The position numbers were made by a program, and so were the translations under genes. The notes under the pieces were generated by a model. The model ran no database searches and was not told where the DNA came from. It saw nothing but the letters and a program-made list of their open reading frames with translations. DNA of 64,000 nt, taken from assembly GCA_040954595.2 (NCBI GenBank), contig CM082583.2:10491656-10555655 (forward strand), given 5' to 3'. This document shows, piece after piece, positions 25,731 through 37,594 of this stretch (position 1 is the first letter of the stretch; each line of letters begins with the position of its first letter). Origin of the DNA: Balanoglossus misakiensis (lineage: Eukaryota > Animalia > Hemichordata).

Positions 25731-26789
25731 ATGGAAAACGTCTCCTCGACTCAATATAATTCTTCGATCCACTATAACAGCCTACCGTCAGCTTTGACAG
25801 TGGCCATTCCCATCGTCTATGGTTGTATCTGTATTCTGGGCTTACTGGGAAACGGCGTGGTTATCTTCGTCACCATCAAACGCCGCTCGGCAAGTTCCGT
25901 GCCCAATGTATACGTTCTAAACCTTGCCGTGGCGGATTTTCTCTTCATGATCACCTTAACGCTCGTGGCGTATCAACATGCTTTTCATAACTGGTTATTC
26001 GGACCCATCGTTTGCAAGATAGCCATGTCTGTCGACGGGCTCAACCAGTTTACAAGTGTGTACACCCTGACAGTGATGAGCATCGATCGCTACCTCGCCA
26101 TAGCACACTCACTGAGATCAATAACATTCCGCACAGTTCACAATGCCAGGGTCATATGTTTTTTCATTTGGGTATTTTCGGCTGTTTTTGTGTTACCACT
26201 CTGGATGTATGGTGGGATTACGCCAAGTAACGGGACGTATCTTTGTGATCAACTGTGGCCCGACGAAAACTTTGAAACAGTGTTTATTCTCTACACTTTT
26301 TCGTTCGGGTTCGCCTTGCCTCTTGTCATTATCATCGGCTCGTACGCCTGTATGCTGCGATACCTTGTCATGACAAAACGGCCGAGTTCAACAAGATCAA
26401 CAAGTAGGAATGAGTCGAAACGTGTCGCTGTTTTGGTGTTTGCCATCATTGCTGCGTTTGTCGTCTGCTGGCTGCCATTCTACGTCGTGCACATGATTGT
26501 GGTGTTTTTGCCAGGGCCAAGTTCCGTTGCGACGGCGTGGGTGTTTGTGTTTAGCATTTGTCTCAGCTACTCCAACAGTTGCATCAATCCGTTCATCTAC
26601 ACGTTCATCGGGCGTCGGTTTCGCATGGGATTTCTACCACTCCCCGAGTCCGAATGCTGCCGGAACCGGAAAGGGGGTGACAGGCGCCACAGACGGGTAC
26701 GCAGAACTTTAAGCGGGAGTTCTGACACGTACGGTTCGAGGAGATCATCAAACTCACAGAGAGTATGGAGCTGGCGAGACAGACTCACG
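25731..26789 (+). CDS. Class A peptide GPCR 1, somatostatin/allatostatin-C/MCH receptor-like; main coding exon
   Basis: Seven TM segments with GN (TM1), LNLAVAD (TM2), CKIAMSVDGLNQFTSVYTLTVMSIDRY (TM3, D3.32), ECL2 Cys, P5.50 and Y5.58, FVVCWLPFY (TM6) and SYSNSCINPFIY (TM7). N-terminal sequons NVS and NSS. ATG at 25731 follows an acceptor tttctcttttAG (25702). The unspliced frame would run to a stop at 26831. Confidence 0.95.
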
Positions 26790-26961
26790 GCAAGTACTTC
26801 ACTACTACTGTTTAACATTTTTTGCGTATAGTTGTAGAGCATTCAAGTGTGTTCGCATAACATTGATATATTAAAACTTCAGAAAACAGCACGTTATAAG
26901 AGATATTCCAGTGAGTGAGATCAACAGTCCCAATTCCTTTAACAAATCATTTTTTTTTCAG

Positions 26962-27030
26962 GTGGTGGAATCTGTCACATATGAAGAAACGTCTGTAGTA
27001 GGAAACCATCAAGACGAAAGCACTGTCTGA
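26962..27030 (+). CDS. GPCR1 terminal coding exon (VVESVTYEETSVVGNHQDESTV*)
   Basis: Strong acceptor tttttttttcAG ends at 26961. It is in phase 0 with the donor ACG|GCAAGT at 26790. The exon ends in a class I PDZ-type motif and is followed by AATAAA. Confidence 0.75.
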   Translation: MVESVTYEETSVVGNHQDESTV

Positions 27031-27106
27031 ATATATAAACATGTGATGAGACAACTGTTAACGCTACGCCGTTATGCCTTGAAAAGAGACATTTATATTA
27101 ACCTTC

Positions 27107-27112
27107 AATAAA
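27107..27112 (+). terminator. Candidate polyadenylation signal of GPCR1
   Basis: AATAAA 77 nt after the spliced stop codon, followed by a GT-rich stretch. Confidence 0.5.
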
Positions 27113-30100
27113 TGCATTCCTGTGTAGTTGCCGTGACTCTTCGTTTACCACCAGACTTGCCACCCGGGGCTACGATTTATATCAGTGCGCGCGGCTGCTG
27201 TGTCCTTCTACATCCGAACTTAATCTTCGTAAGGGTATAGGTGATTCTTGTCGTAAATGCTTCTAGCTAGGAACCGAGTAACAATCTTTTAACACCCTTG
27301 AACAGAAATTACATTATTTCTGACATGTCTCTATTTCACCGTGGCGCCACCTACGATGTTAGTCGTTCGACCAGCTCAGTGTGAAGTAGGTGCTCCCTAC
27401 ATAATTGTATTACCCGAATAATTGTTCGACTGCATTCAATAAGTGTAGCAACCTTTTCAGAATACCCCTGAGACTTATTGGTTAAACTCTTTCAGAATTA
27501 GTTATTCGAATATGACATTTTCCCCGACTCTTGTCTTTTTACTGGATGAAGAACTTCTATTAAGTAATTACCGTCAACAGTACCCAAATTAAATTGTCTT
27601 TTCGTGATAGATTGGAAGTTGGAAGTAAAAATAGACGATAGCAAAGCCAGTTTAATAAAGATTTTATTGCATATTGTTTTTAGAGAAGTATCAGTATAAA
27701 TGTAATTTTGGCACTGCGTATTTGTTACTTATATATGGATATTCATTTGTGAAATCATTGCTTGAAATCACCATTACGCAGTCTCCATGGCAGTATATCA
27801 AGTTGCCTTTTTAGAGAGAAACAGTGGGTAGTGATGGGACGTGTGCAACCAACCTAATGTGGTGTCAAAGGTATACACAAGTGGTGAAAGTGACGACATG
27901 TACATATGTCATCATGTCGACCATAATGGTTCCATTTAGATCCTAGTTTTTGTGTGGATACAAGTGAAATAACACAGAAGAATCTCTGAAGATAGTCAAC
28001 CCTTTATTAAGTAGGCGTGGGATGCTTTTCCAGGATAACCACCTGAGTTTGTCTAGTTTGCAGTGTAGTGTTTTGCCTGAGAAATTGTAAATGAGAAATA
28101 GCGATCACCTGACCCCGCACACTGAGTTTACGAACTCTCACTGCAGGAATGCCACTTTCTCTTCGGCTGATGAATCGAAGTGTATGGAGTCATAACCTGG
28201 AAACTGAAATATTGCACCTTTATGAACACTTAGCAGACTGATCCTGTATGAAAGTTTTATGGCTAAGGACTTGTAATGCCATTTTACGTCTGTAGTATTT
28301 TATTCATCTGAATTCTGTGAGTATGAGGTGTGTTTAGTGCCACAACACGGCGATTTAGATGGACTTAATATGCTCACAAAGTAGAGATCCGCTTGCTATA
28401 TGCGACAAGCCGAATTATTGGATCATAACGTGTCTTGCAACGATTTACCCTTTGCAGTGTAATGAAAATTTTGTGAATTACTAAAAGACTCCTGTATGAT
28501 GTATGTAATTCCTTATTTTGACAGTAACCGTACAATAAAATTTATATGTTTCTATGTGCACATATTGTTCCGTTTTCAGTTATGTGTTAGATGAGTTAGT
28601 ATGGATTTCAATGCTTCAGTAGCTATTGCATATCCAAACAATTTGTAACTCACCTTTAAACTCACATTAAGTAAATATTTCGGCAAATATAATTACCCTT
28701 GGTTATTAGAAGGACGCAGTAACTATTCCATTACTATGAGTAAGCGTTAATTTCCTTGCACCTTAATGTCATTATGTCAGGAAAACTAGTCCTGCTGGTA
28801 ACTGTTATTGGCAAGTATACTTCATCCCCTTCACATGGAACCAGTTGTAAATTTAAAGGTTACAGTACACTCATCTTCGTCTGCTTTACAAATTAGATTA
28901 GGAACCTAGATTACGAGTACCTCTTGCATTCATGCTTTACATTAAATGATCCGGTATTTATTTCAAAAACTACTGCAATATATGTGTACACAAATTATGA
29001 ACTTCTACTGAGTATTGAAACGGTCTTACTTAGACTATAATAACTTGTTGTGCATAAAATAAGCAAAATTTACAACATTTTTGGAAAGTAAAATCGTCAT
29101 ATATATTCCATCGCTGTCATAATGAAGTGCGTATAATTTACCCAATAGAAGACATGAGCAGATCAGATCAGATCCATAATAAGCTTATCTTATTTGCATA
29201 AAGCCAACAAGTGATGGCGTATAGAAAAGATTGATGGTGACCTGCCCCAAATTTGGCGCCCATCATATATGAACCTAACCTGTGAGAATTTGGCACTCCA
29301 ACATCAATGATAGCGGACTGTATTGTGACCCTATCTCTCTGTTTTCTTACTTTTGCTTCGCCACTCAAAGTAATACTTAAGGATTGAAAATCTTCAGTTG
29401 CTTTATTTGTAAATTGCCCTCGGACATTGTAAATATGATACTCAAGGTTACTTCATAGCATGGTGCAGTACCTCATCAAGTTTTCGAGACTGTAGTTTGC
29501 TACTTCACAAGCTGCGCGTAGGAACCTAGAGTGTGCTTTAAAGTCCGCGTTTTGACAGAATCGCGGGTAACATTCGCCATGGGTCATTTGTGAAGTAGCC
29601 CCATGTAAACGCGTTCGTGGCTTTTCCTCAACTTGTAAGCCGCTCTCAGTCGTCAGTAAGTGTGAGCGTTTCTGCACACATCACAGCAGATATACCACGA
29701 CAACTTGGCATCACAGCCAATGGGAAGTCAAAGTCTAGGCCTAAATGCTACGATGTACATCATTGCAAACGATGTGACTGTTAATTTGTATGTAACACTG
29801 CAATTCATGGCAAACAATGCGTCATTAACGTTACTTTTGATCACATTTCCAATTTACTTCGATATAACATGTATTGGTTGGTAGGGGCTTTCTGAACAGT
29901 GAGAAAGTGTTGGTTTAGAAAATTCGCACATGTGTAGTTCAGATGAACAATTATCTATACAAGCTTATGTGCACTAGATGTTGAAACTCATTACTGTTGG
30001 TGTGTCTCTCAGTTGCGGAAATACGTTCAATAATCCAATACTTTCTATTTCACCAGTGTTCTCTGGCAACCATTATCCGTGAGATATTTGGATATTTCGT

Positions 30101-30132
30101 AAATGTCAGTATCTAAATAGTATTTGAAAGTC

Positions 30133-30250
30133 TATCTGGCATTAACCTATGTCTGGAATTGATTTGATAATTTCTCGGGCATTAACCAATTTCTAAAGAT
30201 TATCGGAGAATTATCTGGCATTAGCCGGCGTCTAAAGGTTATTGCAGATG
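30133..30250. repeat. Degenerate minisatellite, about 3 x 40 bp
   Basis: The core (T)ATCTGGCATTA(A/G)CC....TCT(AAAG) recurs three times at about 40-bp spacing. Confidence 0.55.
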
Positions 30251-31333
30251 TAGGACGTGGCCAAATTTCAGCGATGCATTATAATAATGATTAAGACTAT
30301 TTACACCCAGTTAAGCATACCTTTAAGGTCCCTTCCTAGCTCCAAATAATCTAAATACATCCAATGAAGGTTCCCTATAGACCATTTTGTGACCAGATAT
30401 ACTCGTGCTTCTTACGCCGCTAAATACTGAGAGCTGAATTCTTCCTGAGAAAATATACGGTCCATTTTCATTTCATTGTTCATATTCAGAATACATTTTA
30501 ATTTATACGCACATGAGACTAAATTCGACTTTGGTTATTACTCCAATAAATCAGTCTATATTTTGCTTAAATAAATTTATATCAACAAATCTGATATATT
30601 AGTGCTACTGACGAGTAATGAAATGCGATTATCATTTCAATCTTCTGTTATTTATTTGGTGAATTACCTAAGGTAATGTAATGAATACTGAATTCGCTTC
30701 TTGGTTAATGGTTAAAGAAACTCTTTCGATTTTTAGACACGTCTGCTTTGTATTCGACTGTTGTCGTGTCACGTGTCGTCACAGAATGCAAACAGGCATT
30801 GGTCTTGACTCCACTGTCTTGCAAGAACCTTCATTCGCTCATTGCTACATACAACACAACATACATGTAGACAATAACGTGATGATGAGACTAGAGCCAG
30901 ATTGTCAACAAACTTCCATTCATTTAACTTTAATAGCAGGAATCCGCCATCTTGAAATCGTTAAGTAAATCCTATTTAAAGTACATTGTAATAAGAATTT
31001 TGTAAAGAGAAGTTTAGTGAACATATTACGAACTAAGGGTGGAATGTTCGAGACCTGTATACAAGTAAAAGTCTGTCAACATAAACCATTCTAAACAGAT
31101 TACAAAACGAATGATGGCACGGTGTTAAGATTGTAACAATCTGAGTTTCTTTCCGGTTAGTTGAGAAACCACGTTGTAATTGCTTTCAGACGAAAATCGG
31201 AATTCAGAGTTCAGATGTGCGTCATTCGGGCAATTGCTATTCTCGTCCGGTGCATGTAATTATCAAAGTGACTCCATTGAAATAGTACTCTTCGAACGAG
31301 AGAGGGTCGGATAACCTGGTTTTCAAATTTGTC

Positions 31334-32440
31334 CTAGATCGTGCGACGTCTTTGCCTTCGGGCTTTTTGTTGATCAGAAGTCATGCCCAGGACTGAGAAA
31401 CTGTTAGTGTCCATAACCGGGTAAGACTTTGTCGACTCTGTGAGGCTCGGGCGGCGACGACCATCTCGGGCCCAACTCCTCAGAATCCAATTCCTGTAAT
31501 CTCCCGTGATACCTTTCGAGTCTCTGGCGCTGCGCAGGGGCACGATGCTGATGAAACCCTGTCTGAAACTTTCACTGAAGAAGATGTAGATTAAAGGATT
31601 GATGCAGCTATCGGCATATGCCAAACAAAGACTTGTGACGCGGGCAGCAAATGTGCCATAGCTGTTGTCATCGCGCTTTTCGCCAATCTGTGTTAAGAGA
31701 ATCAGATAGTAAGGTAGCCAGGACAGGGTGAAAATTATGCTAATTAAAATCGCTAATTTGGTAACTCCTTTTGTAGGTTTCTTCCTTGATTTGGCACCCT
31801 CTTCATCCGGCTTCCACCGCCCCTTTGTGTAACTTGTCAACACCAGGATAAACAAAATCGAAATAACCGAGATGGGTATGGCGTAGAAAAATATGAACGT
31901 GTAGATGACGTGCCAATAGTGGCCATAATGGGAAGGCCACACATACAAGCATGTCTCTATGTCGTCACTTCCGGATTCAACTGTGGCGTACAGCCACATG
32001 GGCAGGACGGCTAAAACAGCTACAATCCATATGATGGCGTTTGCGATTTTGGCGCGTTTCATACTTCGCAGTCGTGCAGCGGTGTCCGGGTGGACAATAA
32101 CTAGGTGTCTGTCCACGGCCAACACCAAAAGCGTGTACGCTGTTATAAACTGGTTGAGAGTGTCCAGAGGAAGGCTCAGTTTACAGATGGTGTTTCCAAA
32201 AATCCACCGACCCTGGGAAAACTGAAACGCAAGAAATGGCAGAACCACAACAAGCGTAAGATCTGCCACAGCTAGATTCAGAAAATACATATTTGGTATC
32301 GTTTTCATCTTGGATTTGCTAAGAATCGACGCGATGGTGCCACAGTTTCCCACGAGGCCTATAACAACTATAAGGCCGACGACGCCAGGTGCCACGGCGT
32401 GGATTGGTTGATTGGAGTCGTATTCAAACTCGGACCTCAT
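31334..32440 (-). CDS. Class A peptide GPCR 2, divergent somatostatin/allatostatin-C/MCH receptor-like; single coding exon, 368 aa
   Basis: GLVGN, LNLAVAD, CKLSLPLDTLNQFITAYTLLVLAVDRH, LPMWLY, ECL2 Cys, SWLPYY, YADSCINPLIY and helix 8 SESFRQGF. Clearly paralogous to GPCR1. A minus-strand acceptor ctctctttctAG|GTC opens the exon at 32579, and in-frame stops lie upstream of the ATG. Confidence 0.95.
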   Translation of the reverse strand: MRSEFEYDSNQPIHAVAPGVVGLIVVIGLVGNCGTIASILSKSKMKTIPNMYFLNLAVADLTLVVVLPFLAFQFSQGRWIFGNTICKLSLPLDTLNQFITAYTLLVLAVDRHLVIVHPDTAARLRSMKRAKIANAIIWIVAVLAVLPMWLYATVESGSDDIETCLYVWPSHYGHYWHVIYTFIFFYAIPISVISILFILVLTSYTKGRWKPDEEGAKSRKKPTKGVTKLAILISIIFTLSWLPYYLILLTQIGEKRDDNSYGTFAARVTSLCLAYADSCINPLIYIFFSESFRQGFISIVPLRSARDSKGITGDYRNWILRSWARDGRRRPSLTESTKSYPVMDTNSFSVLGMTSDQQKARRQRRRTI

Positions 32441-32529
32441 TGCGAATCGGACAATAGGAACCCACTGAGTTCAACCGGATACTTCGAAATATTTCCAGCT
32501 GGCAGTGAACAAAAGGAGCGTTTCTCCAT
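32437..32529 (-). promoter_or_regulatory. 30-codon upstream ORF whose stop overlaps the GPCR2 start codon (AUGA)
   Basis: ATG at 32529 reads MEKRSFCSLPAGNISKYPVELSGFLLSDSQ* and ends ...CAA TGA, sharing bases with the ATG at 32440. The sequence is certain but the function is not. Confidence 0.5.
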
Positions 32530-35500
32530 TCGCTGTCTAGATGCACATCAAGCAGATCATGCTCAAACTCGGAAATGACCTAGAAAGAGAGATGATAGAT
32601 ATTATGTATTGATCGGCAACCGAAGTACCGTCCTGATTTAAATGTGTACTATCGATTAATCCCATTTTATCAAATAAAGTCAGAACCAAATTATGCAAAT
32701 TAGCGTTAACTGTACTTTTAAAAGGCCCAATCACAGCAGGCGACAATGACATAAAACTATTGAATTTGATATCTTTCGACTGAGCTACGACTGTGCAAAA
32801 TAACGGCAGAAGCGGTCGTTCTGCCAATTCCCTGTCTAATCGTACGGGAAGAAGCGCACTGGAAGTCCCATGGTGCGCCTGCATACTTGAGACTTCTATG
32901 CCTCGAAGCTGTCCTAATTTAGAAACCATAAAGCCAGCATAGAAGCGCCAGAGTATTGAATAAAATGTATACTATGAAGCAGAGTAGAGCACGTGTCATC
33001 GCTACTGGTGAAGCGAAACGGGCTTTCTATAGACTAATCGACAAGGCATATACGCCTTCAACAGATCCTATACCAGGCATGATGTACTTTCTTGTTGGCG
33101 TGACCTCGCGTTTGAGAGGGGACACATGATTCTAGTCAAAGCAGGCTCCATGCGTTTTGCATCAATATGGCGGACTACAAATTTAAAATATTACCCTGCA
33201 GAGAAATGTTGGTAGAGTCAGAATGAAAGAGAAATCGAACAGGATTTCTGATTAGAATTCGTAGCTAGTGGGTAAGAAAACGTCTGGCTGTCTATTGTGC
33301 CTTGGATGACTGAAAGAAACGCGGAATCGTCACAAATGAAGTACAATTTTCACCAGAGCAGTGAAGCTATCTAAACAGTTACTGTGAAAATATGTCACAT
33401 TGATGAAAAAACGATTGCGAAATGATTGCCAGAGGCAAACAAAGTAGACGCATTCAATTACTCGTCGCTTTGTGTATTCATTTAACTTTCTTTGTAACAG
33501 CAGTGAATATTGATTTGCAATTTTGTAAACGAATCGATTGATATGATTCTGATATTCTGTTAATTCATTTGAAATCCAAGCCGCACCCCGATGTTACTCA
33601 TGTCAGCGTGTCCATATAAAAGTACGCAAAGCCCGAGATGTATAATGCCCTAGGCACTATATGTGTGTGAAGAACTCAAGAGAGATTTATCAGTCAACTT
33701 TTATCCATCTTTTCATGCAAAAAATAATCATAGAACGCGAAGTCGTCATATCGACCAGACGCCGTGACCAACAGTAAAGATTATATTACAGAAGCTAAAT
33801 CAAATTTTAAAGTGAGTCACTCTCAGCTAGTTTAATCGATTTAATCATGAAAGGGTGAGAGAGACCTGAGCTGTTTCTCGACACACACAATGCCGAGGAA
33901 TTGATACAGGTAAATACCTAAACACCATCGCACGGATCATGAGAAATCGTGTTACGGTCAGTGACACGCGACTGATCTCTGTTCCAAATGCACACGCAGT
34001 AACATGTTTCCATTAAATGTTGAATCGTTATGACAGAGAAATTTCTTGCAATTTATCTCTCTGGTGTCTCTGGAGTAAATCTTGACTGGACCTCAATTTT
34101 ACGCCAATACTCAGTTGTATATACAGTGAAATATGGCTGCAACTCAGAGGATATCAATGATACAACAAGGAAAGCCGCCATGATTTTCTCTTAGAGAAAC
34201 GCTTCTGACTTTGAAAAAAGAAGCGGGAGCAGTTATTCGGGTATACCTAGGGGCAAAAGTAACATAAATAACCTTTGGTGTACAACTTTACGATCGGGAA
34301 GGGATAATTCGGGGAGGATTTTCAGTGAGGGTTATTAACCCTTGGTTTCGCTTAGTGGAATCAAATATACACGTGATCGAAACAACATTAGTAATTAATT
34401 AATTTATTCAACCGATCGACTATAATTCAATTCAAGCAAAGTCAGCTTGACGTGTTTCTGTGGGAAAAATGTCGAGTATAAAATGCTGCGAGATGTATAA
34501 TTAAAACATTACATTTAAGGGGTCACTTCAAGATTAGGGTTGCTAAGAGGGTTAGGTTGTTATCAAAACAGGAAACCGAAAATGCCTTCAGTCAAATTGA
34601 ATTCATATAGCTCTCAGTCTGGTGCCGGCTTTAAAGTAAACGTGATAAGAAAGGCTTTATGAGTGACATCACAGCGAAACTCTACGCTTCTGTCTTCCTG
34701 ATCAAAGAATAATATACTTCTCATATTAAAACTTGAGAACTTGTCAACCGTTTGTCACATTTTATCATGTCGGATTGGAATTAATTAACTGCAGGGGTTA
34801 TGTGCGTCTCATTAATTAACACTCCTTGTAACCAGTGACCTGTACATTATTAACGACTTGAATATTAACAATGCATGTCTTGTCAGAGCTACCCTCTTTA
34901 AAAGCTACAAGCCATTAATTATCAATAACATTTTAACGGGTTAAAATGTCTACAGCGTTATTTCATCAAAACCATCTATAAACGTTTTAAGCTGGCGACA
35001 CTGGCGATTCTAGAGGCACGCTGCGCACATTGGGGATCGCAGAATCCGCATTTGACTAACAAAATGACTCGTAGGTGAAGCTTTGCATTCACACTTCGTC
35101 GCCAAGCCGTAATTGTTGGATAAATGAATCTGGTATCTAGCGTATTTGAAAACGTATATCGATTGCTCCATTTTTGCATCCATTGTACTCAAAGGTACAG
35201 CGATAAGATTTAGCAGACCACATCTCGTATAATGTTCCATTCAGGGGCGTATGCCAAGGGAAAGGGAATTGTGGTCCCATGCCACAAATTTGAAGCGGGT
35301 TTAGACTTGTTAAGGTGATCAGAAATAAGGCTCTAATCCCACTACGCCATAAAACCCCTTCAGTATTTGACTTGCCATAAGCTTATTGTGCAAATCCAGC
35401 AATCCCACGAATTTTAGACTGAGATTTGAGCGAACGAGTTGATTGCATGTAGTTTAGAATTTTAAACAGCTTGATAAGCGGATACAAATATCTATTTTTA

Positions 35501-37099
35501 TGGAAAATAAGTTGTAGCTTCCGGTATGAGATTTCCAAATGGACTGTATTGGAAAAGTCTTAGTACCTATACCTACAAATATATATGTATGCATGCACAC
35601 TACACTACACTTAACAAGACACCTACCTGGCATCTTGGGAGCTTCTGTTCGACCGCGTGCGTCATCACATTACACAAACGACTTGCATAGTATACACACA
35701 CAAGTATACTTGTACATCATGACAATGATGTCCAAAGCATTAGACACAAAATCGACATACTATTGTTACTACCTACTTTAAACCACGCCAAAAGATGAAC
35801 GGTTAAAATATGCGTATGTCGATAATACACCATGAACACAGATTGCATTTCACACGTTCGATAAGTCTTTGAAACAGCACTTCATTAATGAATGGCAAAT
35901 GTATCGATTTTCAAATGCCAATATGATTTTCACTTTCAAATATCGATCGCAGTAAGCTTGTGTCGAAATGACAGTGCTTAATTACCCACATATCTCCAAA
36001 CAACCGTATTTTGAAGATATAATTTTCTGAATGAATGTGGTATTCAACATGTCATAACAGTGTGTGACTGTATGCAAAGTATTTCGAGTTTGAGGGCTAG
36101 GAGTGAAACAATGATCTTTCCAAAGCCGCTGGGTATCATTAGTTTAAATATAGCATCCTTCCAAGACTGCGCTAAATGTTTGGTTCCATTGTTAGGATGG
36201 ACAAGTTGGGGAAAAAAGATTCTGTTTCAGATATATAATAATAGATGCGTGGCTTGAATTCGGCGTCGGAAATATTACTATTTTTTCTGTTCAGATCAGG
36301 AAATCATCGATCGCCGAAAGGTTGGATTAGTTTTACGGGGTGTCGGCATTAGGGACTGTCTTTAGGGTACAGGGTGAGAGTCAGGGAATGTGGTAGGACA
36401 TTATTAAAAACGACAGAAGAAAAAGCGTGAGGTTGACCACTAGGGGGCGTATCACGAGCATGAAACTGGCGTGAAGTGGTCAGAGAACTGGACTTACCAG
36501 GTCACGAAGTTCAGCAACAACACCTGTTCCTAACGCCTATTCATATTCCCTTACACGTCTTAAGTAGTATCGATCGGCAAAACTCGGGACTAAACAAACG
36601 AGAGATGTCCTTATACAGTTGCATTTATAACGATTACTATCGTAGGCAACGTTTACCAAGATCGCTGTTGGTGTTGGTATAGACTGTGAAAAATACAAAA
36701 TAAAACGCAACATGCTAATGATATATACTAAATAATGAAGTGGAATGATAACCTGGAGACTATCAATGTAAACGAGTCCTTAGTGAGAGGTGAATGAGGT
36801 GAATATCGGTTTTTTTTCGTAAGACCCAATCCTTTGAGAGGGGCTTTCATGTGATTATTGGATAGACCAGTTTTGTTTTGAACTAGAAACTGACCCTGTA
36901 ATTAAAAATAACCCATAAACAAACCCCATGTATGGTGTCGTCCTTCTTAAAAGTCGTACATCCAAAAACACTCTCTCTTTCAAAAGAAACGCCTTTTTCC
37001 AGACAAAAACATCAAATTGAACTTTTTAATTGACTCATTCTGATGAAAGGATGGGAGAAGGGATTCTGAGGATCCAGATCGATTGTAATTAACGTTTAA

Positions 37100-37594
37100 G
37101 GTTTGTGGCCATTTGTTCTTTCCCAGGCGGGCCCAGATGCAACTACCAGCATTTTGAGGGCAGGGGGTTCTTTCCGGAGTGCGATGTGTAAACAGCGAGG
37201 CGATCAAGACTTCCCGCGGCGAACAGGACTCCTATCAGCCGATCCTTGCCGTGAGCAGACGCGCGTTCAACGTCGCTTACTTCAGCACCCACTAGTACAT
37301 GTATTACATAAACCGGCGCAGGATCTGCATCTACCTAATTATACAGTTTACCAACAGCGCCCATTCAACGCTTACTAAAGTCTCCCCACCACCAGTCTTT
37401 GTGTTTCGAATTCCCGTTGATCAAAGAGCGTGACGTCTCCCGAACCTCACTTCCAAGCCTCCGATTCGTCCATTGCGGAGAGCTGCTATCCAACGTTCAC
37501 GAGCGACATCGGTTTCCAGGGTAAAAAATCTCCCCGCCACTTTCTGACCCAACATACACCATCCCCGTGCCATATTTCAAGTTGAAGAGACCAG
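37100..37594 (+). promoter_or_regulatory. Candidate promoter and non-coding first exon of the THSD4-like gene
   Basis: Locally GC/CpG-rich, with a GC-box-like AGGCGGG near 37126 and TACATAAA near 37305. An ATG-free leader ends in the strong donor CCAG|GTGAGA at 37595, followed by an intron-like pyrimidine-rich tract. Confidence 0.35.

Noticed and set aside
26012-26842. Alternative-frame and antisense ORFs inside GPCR1 (also 31959-32225 in GPCR2)
   Set aside because: These are shadow ORFs of real GC-richer coding sequence.
35242-35350. CAGGGGCGTA...CTACGCC hAT-MITE-like ends
   Set aside because: The right end is truncated and there is no 8-bp TSD.
37281-37289. REST/NRSE left half-site TTCAGCACC
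   Set aside because: The right half-site is absent at canonical spacing.
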